DNA of 63,722 nucleotides, counting the filler, from Reticulomyxa filosa (Eukaryota > Protista > Foraminifera), in the NCBI GenBank assembly GCA_000512085.1. It is 19 parts of 19 records of this genome, joined end to end, with 100 filler letters (N's around TTAATTAATTAA, not from the genome) between each part and the next. Parts side by side here need not be neighbours in the genome. Positions count along the whole stretch, not along the records: positions 1 to 11,032 come from ASPP01005468.1; 18 more parts are not named here. One strand, 5' to 3'. The translations under genes and the position numbers were made by a program. The stretch's first letter is position 1. Each line of letters begins with the position of its first letter. Positions 1 through 8,886 of this stretch are shown here, piece after piece. A model generated the notes under the pieces. It was not told the DNA's origin and did no database searches. It was given only the letters and a program-made list of their open reading frames with translations.

Positions 1-123
1 AAAAAATAAAAAAAAAAAAAAAAAAAAAAATTTTTTTTTTTTTTGGATTAGTCTCTTGTATGCTTACAAGAAGCATACAAGAGTCTGTAACACGTATACA
101 AAAACAACAACACAAAATAATAG

Positions 124-1395
124 ACAAAAAGTCGAATTGGTGAGAAAGCAAGTCAAATTTGTGAGAGAGCATGGGTAGATTTATTAAAAATAGCGGACAA
201 TGATGAATCGGCATTGGAAATATTAGCAAACCTTTTGGAAAATCCTCAATGCGAACATTTTAATTTTGTGAGTAATCTCAACAAGCACAATTGGGAGGGT
301 TGTCTGTACTGCTTTTGCAAGCAATGGAGAAAAGCCAACAAACTTTTGATTAAATTGGCAATGCGCACATTTCCTTACATTTGGAAGTATTTTTTGTTGA
401 AAAAAGAGATCAATATAGGAGAACAAATTTCAAAATTAGAATTGGATTGCACGTGGATGGAGTTGAATGAAGTGGGGCTCATTTCCGTTTGTGCAAATAA
501 GATCAAGTTTGACGTCCCTATATTGCTGTTGTTGAGTCTAGTGCACGAACAGCATGACAATTGTCTACTCATACGACATCTCCCAGCCATTTGGCAATTC
601 ATGAAAGACCCCTCCCCACAGAATATGGAGAAAATGGTGATCTCACTAACAGTGTTACGTGTTAGTGCATATGAGAAGGAGGAGGAGGAGGAGGGAACGT
701 CGCAAAGCTATAACGAAGTGTTCAACGTATGTAACATCCCAGAAAACAGCAAAGACCTTTTAGAGTTACAGGTGATGCCAAAGGAGCTGGAGATTACTCA
801 CCGACATGCAAAGTTTGATACAGAAAAGTCCAGGTTGAAAGGTGAAGATCCGATGTGTTTCACGTTCACTGACGACAATCCAAGTTTCGATGGATTGATT
901 CGTTTGTCCGGAAAGTGGGAGGGACGAGATGTCGCCGTGTGGACCTTTTTGGAAATTAAAAGTATCAATTGGTGTAACATTGTAACTCGTGCCACTGACT
1001 ATGTGAATACAATTGAAGACTTGCAAGCGTTTGGAAAAGACGAGCCATTTGGATCCGACTGGCACGTACCTAACAAAGATTTTGATTTTTCCGATCAAAA
1101 ACAGCAAACTGCTGAAAGTCAAGGGTACAGATTGATGAAAACGAAATCTACACTTGATGGACGGAAAGTATTTCTTGCTGTTCCATTCAGTAGCAAAGCC
1201 AAATCTTCCAAAATCTACTTGTCAAAAGGATTCATTGATGGAGGCTTAAAGAAGTTTATTCAAGTCATACTCTGTGGAATGACAAACTGTAAAATTTCAG
1301 AGCGAGTGAAACAAAATAATCGCCAAATGCATGCACTTTTTGAGTCCAAACATTGTATTTGGTTTTATAACACAAAACCAAGGGGTTTTTTCTGA
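124..1395 (+). CDS. 3' terminal exon of an unknown protein (about 420 aa)
   Basis: The 214..1395 frame is open back to a TAG at 121-123 that follows an A-rich, intron-like tract (probable acceptor): TKSRIGEKASQICERAWVDLLKIADNDESALEILAN... No family recognised. Confidence 0.7.
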   Translation, partial: TKSRIGEKASQICERAWVDLLKIADNDESALEILANLLENPQCEHFNFVSNLNKHNWEGCLYCFCKQWRKANKLLIKLAMRTFPYIWKYFLLKKEINIGEQISKLELDCTWMELNEVGLISVCANKIKFDVPILLLLSLVHEQHDNCLLIRHLPAIWQFMKDPSPQNMEKMVISLTVLRVSAYEKEEEEEGTSQSYNEVFNVCNIPENSKDLLELQVMPKELEITHRHAKFDTEKSRLKGEDPMCFTFTDDNPSFDGLIRLSGKWEGRDVAVWTFLEIKSINWCNIVTRATDYVNTIEDLQAFGKDEPFGSDWHVPNKDFDFSDQKQQTAESQGYRLMKTKSTLDGRKVFLAVPFSSKAKSSKIYLSKGFIDGGLKKFIQVILCGMTNCKISERVKQNNRQMHALFESKHCIWFYNTKPRGFF

Positions 1396-1839
1396 CATTA
1401 CTCTCTCTTTTAAGGCAAAAAAAATAAGCGTATTGGTCTTAATATTTAAAAAAAAAAAACAACTTATATCTATCACATAAACTATCAACTCAATAAACTT
1501 AGAGCCACCTTATATCTTTGAAACTCTACTTAAAAATTCGAAAAAAAATGTACAGTACCAAATTTGATAATATTATAATGTTGACTTAAGTTGAATTGGA
1601 AAAAAAAACATAAATAAAGGCGTATGGACAAACGGAAAGCATCAAAACGTATACAATGTAAGGTCCGAGGAGTCAGCTATCGAGCGATAAAGGAATTTTT
1701 TGAAGTGATTAGTTTAGAAATAATTAATGGATTGTTTTCTTCATTTGTATCTCTTATTTATTATTATTTGAGTGTAGAAAATTCAACGAAGCTGTTCCAA
1801 ACAGCAAAAAGCTTTTTTTTTTGGTTGTATATTCGTATT

Positions 1840-3114
1840 TGGTCTTGTTCCTTTATCAACAAGAATTCAGCAATTGCATCACTTAAAGGTTAGTGTACCA
1901 AATAAGCTATCTTAATCTGTTGTGACTGTCCAGTCCACGATACCTTTTAGGTTTTGGTGGATGTATCGTTAACACTGAATTACAACAGCATTTTTTACAA
2001 AATATAAAATAATTTAATATCTCTTCAATTAGTAAATATCTTCTACTTGAAATTATTGACGACAAAACTCGTAAAGTTCGTCAAAGTGTAGAGAGGAGTG
2101 GGAAGTAATGTTCATTAGCTAAAAAAAAATAAAATAGGTACTTGTTTTGTGCTTTCTTCATCAGAGCCAATTAAACTTCGGTTGAATTTTTACCATGAAA
2201 GCTTAGATGAATGTGATGACAAGCCATATCACAAATTGCAGAGACTATGAATCCTAGAAGATATTAGAAAAGGGGTTGGCATTCTGGTAAAAGATCAATT
2301 GTATCGATTACCACAACAATAATTTTTTCGCTTTGAGCTTGTATTATGGCCTGAAAAGTTGTCATGTGTGATCAATTGAATGAATCGAAAAAATTAGCGT
2401 ACTTTCTGATGTGCTTGTACAATTATTGCAAGAATTAATTGAAAAAGCTTTAGCATGGCGTGCGAAGCAAAAATATATTACAAGTCAGTTCATGAATGCT
2501 GTATCAGCCAAATACACAAGCTCATTCTTCCGAATTGAAGACTTACAGTTTCCATTTGGAAGAAAAAGAGTAATTGAAACAAATATGCTCCATTTTGTGG
2601 CCATTGTATCAAGCGCAAAACAATGGAACTACGAACAAGATCCAAAATTTTTGAAAAAAGCATTAATTTTCAAATCAATGTACTAGGACAAATGTTAGTG
2701 CATGCCAAATTCAAAGAAATAAATGAATCAATTGATTGTTATAAAGCTAATTATTATTTGAACCATAAAGGCTTAGACAGTTTAATGCTAGAAGTGCAAG
2801 CTCAAATATAACGCTATATTTTTGCAATGAAAAAAATATCATGTGCTATTTGGAGTCAGTTATTAGTCCGTGCATGAGCTGTCGATTGTGTTCAGAGTTC
2901 AGAGCTATTGGAAATACGTAGAAACTTACTTGTTATCCATGAATAGAAAAATATATTTGCGGCAGAGCTAGAAACACATGGCAGGACCAATTTGAGTACT
3001 ATTGTTGATCGACCTGATCTGCGTAAAGATTGGTTAAACAAGTGCAAAGAAATTAAAGCTATAATTCACAATAGTATACAAAAATTGAAAATCGAAGCAA
3101 AAAAAACAAAATAA
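1840..3114 (+). pseudogene. Degraded coding sequence, possibly dynamin/Mx-like middle plus GED region
   Basis: Protein-like segments in shifting frames with stops: GLVPLSTRIQQLHHLKV, EDIRKGVGILVKDQLYRLPQQ*FF, LMLEVQAQI*RYIFAMKK, AAELETHGRTNLSTIVDRPDLRKDWLNKCKEIKAIIHNSIQKL. The last resembles the helical pattern of a dynamin GED. The family call is weak. Confidence 0.3.
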
Positions 3115-3823
3115 ATATTTCCTTTGATGTTTCGAAATAGCATAAATTATTTGCATTTAAAATTATTCAATGAAAAGAATTACATAATGGACATACTTCA
3201 ATGGAAAATGATTATTTTTGTGTATTAGTTTGATGCTATTATTAATGTCACCTATATGGCAAAGAGTTTTTATTAATTTTGTTCGTAATAAAAGAGATTA
3301 CAATGTAATTGACTGGTTTTTTCATTCAACTATGTACATTTTTTTCATTAACCAATAAAGAATACCATAGAAAAAAAGGTACATTAATTCTGTATCAAGT
3401 TTATTGACTAGTTTTTGGAAAAGAAGAAGTAGTTTGTATTTTATTTAAGACGTGAATAATAAGTATACCTTCACTTTTATCTTTCCACAAAAACAAAAAA
3501 AGACATTAATCCAAAGTTCAAATTCGTGTTTCGTTTTTCAAAAGGCTATTCACGCTTTTTATTTTTTCAAGGAAAGTTAAAACTACTCAACACTAATAGC
3601 ATGGATAATCAAATACAACACAAAAATATCGCAAAAGACAAATTAAACAAAGCCGACATAAAATTACTTCAATTTCCATTCAAAATTTAATGAAAAGCAA
3701 CAAAAACAGCAATGAAAGCATTTCGTTATCTTTTAATAAAAATGCTAAACATTAATGATAAAACAAACAAAAAAATATCAAATCGCTTCACACACAACAA
3801 CGCTATGCATCCAAATTTAAAAC

Positions 3824-3931
3824 AAAAGCAAAGGAAGGAAAAAGCGAAAAAAAAAAGGATTAAATCAGGCGGCGCCTTCAGGCGCCGCCCGAACTAACCC
3901 TTTCTTTTTGCTTTTGTCTTCCTTTGCTTTT
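3824..3931. repeat. Long imperfect palindrome/hairpin with GC-rich apex
   Basis: GGCGGCGCC(3868-76)-TTCA-GGCGCCGCC(3881-89) is a perfect 9-bp stem. Outer AAAAGCAAAGGAAG(3824-37)/CTTCCTTTGCTTTT(3918-31) is a perfect 14 bp. The arms between are largely complementary. Confidence 0.9.
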
Positions 3932-4254
3932 TTTTATTTTTTCTATTACGGTGCGTTTTTGTTGACCAGACAGTAACAATACTTTTTAGCAGCATACTCA
4001 AATATGACAGCATCTAATGAAAAACTAATGTGATTTAGGGCAAGAGTAAGACTTGGGCTACATGATCATGTGGTCATAAGAATATGTATACATATATGCA
4101 AATATATACGTATTCTTTTTCATCAATCCCCCTACTTATTTCTTGAAAAGAGAAAGTTTTTTTAAATGATTAAATATATATTATTATTATAAATTATTTC
4201 TACCAAGACATAATCATAATAAATATATGCATATATTTGTTAATATTATTATCA

Positions 4255-4500
4255 TTGAAGTTGATCGAATCTTTCACAATGGTACGCACATGCTTGTGCA
4301 ATGAGGTATATTGCGCTTAAAGTGGAGAAATGGAAACTCTTCCACGGAAATGGATCAGCCTTTGGTTGCTGAACAGGTGTATCAAATCAATGTCGACATT
4401 AAAATGATGAACTATATTTTAATTGCAAACACAAAATTCGATTGAGCATTTCTTCCAATAATTGGTCGATGTTTTTTGTGAATTGGAACAATGACAAACT
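4255..4500 (+). pseudogene. CocE/NonD-family (PepX_C-type) hydrolase C-terminal domain fragment
   Basis: KLI/IFHNGTHMLVQ*GILRLKWRNG...PLVAEQVYQINVDIKMMNYI.../HKIRLSISSNNWSMFFVNWNN matches the CocE C-terminal pattern (DGIxRxxxR, PxxxYxxxIDx, HxIRLxISS). One stop and two frameshifts. Confidence 0.6.
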
Positions 4501-4663
4501 GGTTATCGATGGAAGCTATGCTTTAAAAAACATTGAACGAAGCTTTAAAAATTTTTTAAACAGCAAGTAAAAAAAAATAAATTAAAGTTTGCATTCAATA
4601 TATACTTTAATTACATTTTTCAAACAAAAACACTTTTCATTTATTATTTGATAAGAAAGTAAA

Positions 4664-5110
4664 TTATCCCCAAATACGAATGTGACCATTTGAACAATAA
4701 CATAAATTAATTACATACTTATCATTTTTTTTTCTTTTTTAGCTTAATGAATTTAAGACAGGATATTTTGTATCCTTTATCATTTCCTTTGATTGCATAT
4801 AATTCTTTCTTAATAAATCAGATATCCCAAAAACAAATTTCATTATCAAACGAAAGCGAAGATATAACATTTGAATTACCAATAAAATCCTTTATTACAA
4901 ATGGTGAATATTCAACACATAATATTCGCTCTTTATGTTTATATGATATAACAGCTCCAGTTTGTTCTGACTTATCTGTATATTGTGATTGTAGTATATT
5001 TGTAGATATTAGATCTACTATATTTACTTGAGATATAAATGTTTATTATTGAATTCAACTAATATCAAATTGGTCCAACATATCCATATGAATAACGTAT
5101 TTATCAATCA
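4664..5110 (-). pseudogene. WD40-repeat family pseudogene, 3' part
   Basis: The reverse strand reads ...CVEYSPFVIKDFIGNSNVISSLSFDNEICFWDI*...NDKYVINLCYCSNGHIRIWG*, homologous to the C-termini of the WD40 genes at 48364-49700 and 54151-54834. Stops and frameshifts are present. Confidence 0.85.
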
Positions 5111-7466
5111 TCAGAATCATCTGAACTTAGTGTAAAATATAGTAATTTTTCTTTTTGCTGTTCTGATGGTAATGCTGATGATAGTAATGATAATAATGAT
5201 AATCTTGACTAGAATAGTGACGATGTCTGTTGTGATGTAGTTGTTGTGATAATTGATATTGTTGTAAAGATAATGGTTTCAAATCAATATTTTGTTTATC
5301 AATGATTTCATCATCTAACTATAAGGGTGAATACCTTAAGTTGGACTTCTTCAGATGCTGATAAAGATAATTGAGAATATTTTATAGAATCATCATTATC
5401 ATTTTTATCATCATTATCATCTTTTCCATAATCACTATCTTTGTCATTTTCTTTTTTGTATCATTTTCTTGTTTTTCGTCTTTATTGATAAATTAGGACG
5501 TCAAACATCTGAAGAAAATACTTTTTTGTAATACTCACAAACAAGAAAATAAAATAAATATATTTATATTATAATAAATATATATTACGTACAATATACA
5601 AATCTTTATAATCACTGGAAACATTCATCTTGAAGTCCTAATAAAGAAATTGCTTTTTACAATGTAATAAAACAGCAATAAGATATAACACTTGAATATG
5701 TATTATACAAAATTTCAAACATGTAAAATATTATTATAAACTATACTTGATTTTTTCTTTTTTTAATATCAATAAATTAAAATTATAACTTGTAATCACA
5801 ACAATTTATATATAATAGCATTGTGAAAAAATAAAATTCAGGATCCAGTTATTCTATTATTTGCCGAATCCTTAAAATCAATTTTCTCTTTAATTAGATT
5901 TTTTCTTCATTATTTGCAGAAAACCAAATTTGAACGTTTAAAAATATATGATTTTTTAATTATTTAAAATCTAATTATCATGATATAGAAAAGTGAAATT
6001 TAGCACAAATAACATTTAAATAGAAATGTTGTGATCATTTGCAAATTGTTAAATTTGTTGTATTGAATATGTAGTAGTATCAAGATTAAAAATATTTATC
6101 ACAGTTAATGCACTTTTAGTTTTATTTGATCTTTTCATTGATTGTTTTATATTAAGTTCTTTTTTTCATAAGCTTTATGAATCCTTGATTTCACTTTTAT
6201 ATAATTATGCAAATTAATAGAAAAATGATTTAAAGTATTCCACAAATTATACAATATCAATATAAATATTTTTCTAAATATCACTAAAAGAAAAAAACTA
6301 TATGTATACATTATCTAAATCCTGAGTTTTTATATATAGTAAAATTTATAACGAAAAGTTTTTTAAGGATTTGTACAACTTGTTATAATGACTTATGCTT
6401 TTGATAATTAAAAATGTCAAATTATTTATTCAACAAATACTAGCGTGAAATACAATCAAATAATATGGATTCTAACATAGCAAGACTAATATTGCGCATT
6501 AGATCAAGTTGATATTTATAATAACAGTAATTTTAAAAAATTATTCGAAAAATTACATTAAGTTGAAAAGAAAATTGAACGAATAAAACATATCTTATGA
6601 TGATAATTGGTTTTATCAATGAAAAATCAATTATAATCATAAGATATGTTTTAGGCGTTCAGTTTTCTTTGCAACCTACTGTACTTATGTTGCAATATAC
6701 AAAAAATTTTTTTAGGTTAAAAAATAGTGATAAAAAATTTGGACGTTCTGATAGTGATAAAAGTGTGATATCAATTAGCCAACGTTTTTTAGATTAAAGA
6801 GCAATGTATGCTATCAAGCAATTTAAAAAAGAATCACACATCATTCGACTCGACTGGTTCTTTATCTCAATTGTGATGAGACATCTGTACCTTTACTTTT
6901 TATTATTTCGTTTTTTTTTATTTTTGGCTATGTTTTTTAAATGAAAAATGACAGAAAGTAAAACACAAAAAAAATTGGAAAAAAGTTATTTAACACATTG
7001 GGAGGTTAGCCAACTATGATAGTGATATAATTTTACTTTAGTCATATTTAAAATTTTCACCAAGGATATTCTTTGCGATTTTACACCATCTCCGACCATT
7101 TTTGAGGCTTAGTATTTTCATTTCAACATACAATAATTCCATTTTACTTTGTTTTTTTATTGAAAATAAGCATATTAATTTGTTAATATCAATATGCAAA
7201 ATACTATATACAAAACTATCAATTTGTTTTAACAAAGTTTTCAATGATATTTACAATGTGTCAAATTAGTACAGATTCGCATTACAATTGTCACTATCTT
7301 ATTAGTTCAATCTTGTTCTATTTACTTATTACAAAAAAATTTAGTTTTTTATCATCCAATAAAATATATAATTCAATATCATTTATACATCATCATTATC
7401 ATGTATGTATTTGTATAATAAAAAATAAATATTTTTTTTACTTTTTTTGTAATTTGCTAAATCTTA

Positions 7467-8298
7467 GTGATACTTTTGGAAATTGAAGAAAATGATTTTA
7501 AACAAAGTGAAGTGCAAAGTATCGTACAAAGTGATTTACAAAGCGACAAACAAGATGATGTACTAAGTACATACAAAGTGACGGATAAAATGATAAACAA
7601 ATTGATTATCAACAAAATAAAAATAAAAAATTTGACAATGAATATATTGACAATGATGAAAGTATTAATGAATAAATTGACGAACAAAGTAAAAAAAAGT
7701 CAAAAAATAAAATTTTCGACTGCAAGCAAAACTTTATTTTTAACATATCTATAATGTACGTTACAACTGAAGTGCTTGAAACATTGGAAAACAAACTTAC
7801 AATCAATAAATATTTGATCGCTATGGAAACTCATATACAAAAAGGACGACACCTGCATTACTATATTAATTGTAAAAATAAAGTGGATATAAGTCTATTA
7901 CATAGATTAGCCTTGAATATACTTAAGAGATAGTTTACGTATATCAAAGTATAAAAAGACTGTCAAAAAGTAATACTGAAATAACTAGAAATTATAAATT
8001 CAAAACTGTAAATGGAATATCAAATTGGAACAGATCAAAACATGTGTTATGGTTACATGGAAAAACTAACACTAGACGAGACTACAGCAATTAACGTAAA
8101 ACATGGACACGTTGAAATAAAAAAGGACTTCCAAGAGTATTTACAAGCAATAATACTATTTTCAAAAATGACGCATCAATAAAAAGAAGAATACTGTACA
8201 TTAAAATAGATGAATGTATAAGAGATATTAGTGGAAAAGAATCAGAAAATAGCAACAATTGTGAAGTTACCGATTCAGTTTTTGAAAATGAAGACTAA
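7467..8298 (+). mobile_element. rep: Decayed CRESS-DNA (geminivirus/plasmid-like) Rep: HUH endonuclease plus SF3 helicase; endogenous viral or plasmid element
   Basis: Motifs occur in the correct order across frameshifts: motif I KTLFLTYL*C (FLTY 7737-48); motif II YLIAMETHIQKGRHLHYYI (HLH 7850-58); start of Walker A WNRSKHVLWLHGKTNT (8026-8073); LDETTAINVKHGHVEIKK/GLPRVFTSN (motif C, 8072-8151); Arg-finger-like ASIKRR; stop at 8296-98. Motif III, the GKT of Walker A and Walker B appear deleted. Confidence 0.88.
7503..7612 (+). repeat. Degenerate 12-bp tandem repeat (CAAAGTGANNNN) encoding Q-S-D-x tetrads at the Rep N-terminus
   Basis: caaagtgaagtg caaagtatcgta caaagtgattta caaagcgacaaa caagatgatgta ... 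caaagtgacgga taaaatgataaa caaattgattat. Confidence 0.75.
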
Positions 8299-8304
8299 AT
8301 TTAA

Positions 8305-8720
8305 TGGAATAAAAGAAAAAATACAAATAACTTTGAGCTAATAACTATTTTTTTCTTAAGTTTTGCATTAAGAGAATGTGAATATGTCTGACTACTCATT
8401 GCTTTGTCATTTACTGACAATGGCAAAAATAGGCTATTGCTTTTCAACAACTTCAAATTTAGAAATTTGTCCAACAGTAACATCCAAATTTTATTCGATC
8501 ATATAAATCACAATCGTAGCTTTATTCATAAAATTAAAGAAATTAATTGGGCTTACACATTAAGTGTTGACTAATCAAGGATAAAAGCAACTTCAAAATA
8601 CTGAATGCAAAGTCCATCCTAATGTTGGAAGACGACAATTATTTACAAAATAATCTTTTTAAGCCCAATCGTGGTTTACAAAGACCACATAATTTATTGG
8701 CACAATTAGAAATGTCATAG
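8305..8720 (+). pseudogene. Second decayed ORF directly downstream of Rep, function unknown
   Basis: Frame 1 reads WNKRKNTNNFELITIFFLSFALRECEYV*LLIALSFTDNGKNRLLLFNNFKFRNLSNSNIQILFDHINHNRSFIHKIKEINWAYTLSV. It continues in frame 3 from 8571 as LIKDKSNFKILNAKSILMLEDDNYLQNNLFKPNRGLQRPHNLLAQLEMS*. This is unusually open for such AT-rich DNA. Confidence 0.4.
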
Positions 8721-8745
8721 TATTAATATTTTTTTTTCACTTAAG

Positions 8746-8886
8746 TTAATTAAAATTTTTTTAAAAAAATCTACGAATCAAATGAAAGATTAAAATTTTT
8801 GAAAAATTGTAAAAACTTAATAAAAAACCAAAATGATATTTAAAAACTACGCGATTCGTAGATATTTTTTTTTTAATTTTGATTAA
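8746..8886. repeat. Inverted repeat downstream of the Rep cassette
   Basis: ATCTACGAATC(8769-79)/GATTCGTAGAT(8853-63) is a perfect 11 bp, extended by A/T tracts and TTAATTAAAATT/AATTTTGATTAA. A nested mini-hairpin CTACG-CGATT-CGTAG lies at 8847-8861. Confidence 0.7.

Noticed and set aside
7586-7754. TAA at three positions where Gln is expected in Rep (7586, 7673, 7752), suggesting TAA=Gln recoding or RIP-like CpA>TpA mutation
   Set aside because: Host genes (Rab, RBX1, CDC50, WD40) end in TAA, and the Rep also has frameshifts and deletions. Stops in the tubulin and WD40 pseudogenes arise from varied substitutions. Ordinary decay is sufficient.
8718-8726. TAGTATTAA as the CRESS nonanucleotide origin
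   Set aside because: It has one mismatch and no flanking stem, and such 9-mers are expected by chance in AT-rich DNA. Kept only as a side note.
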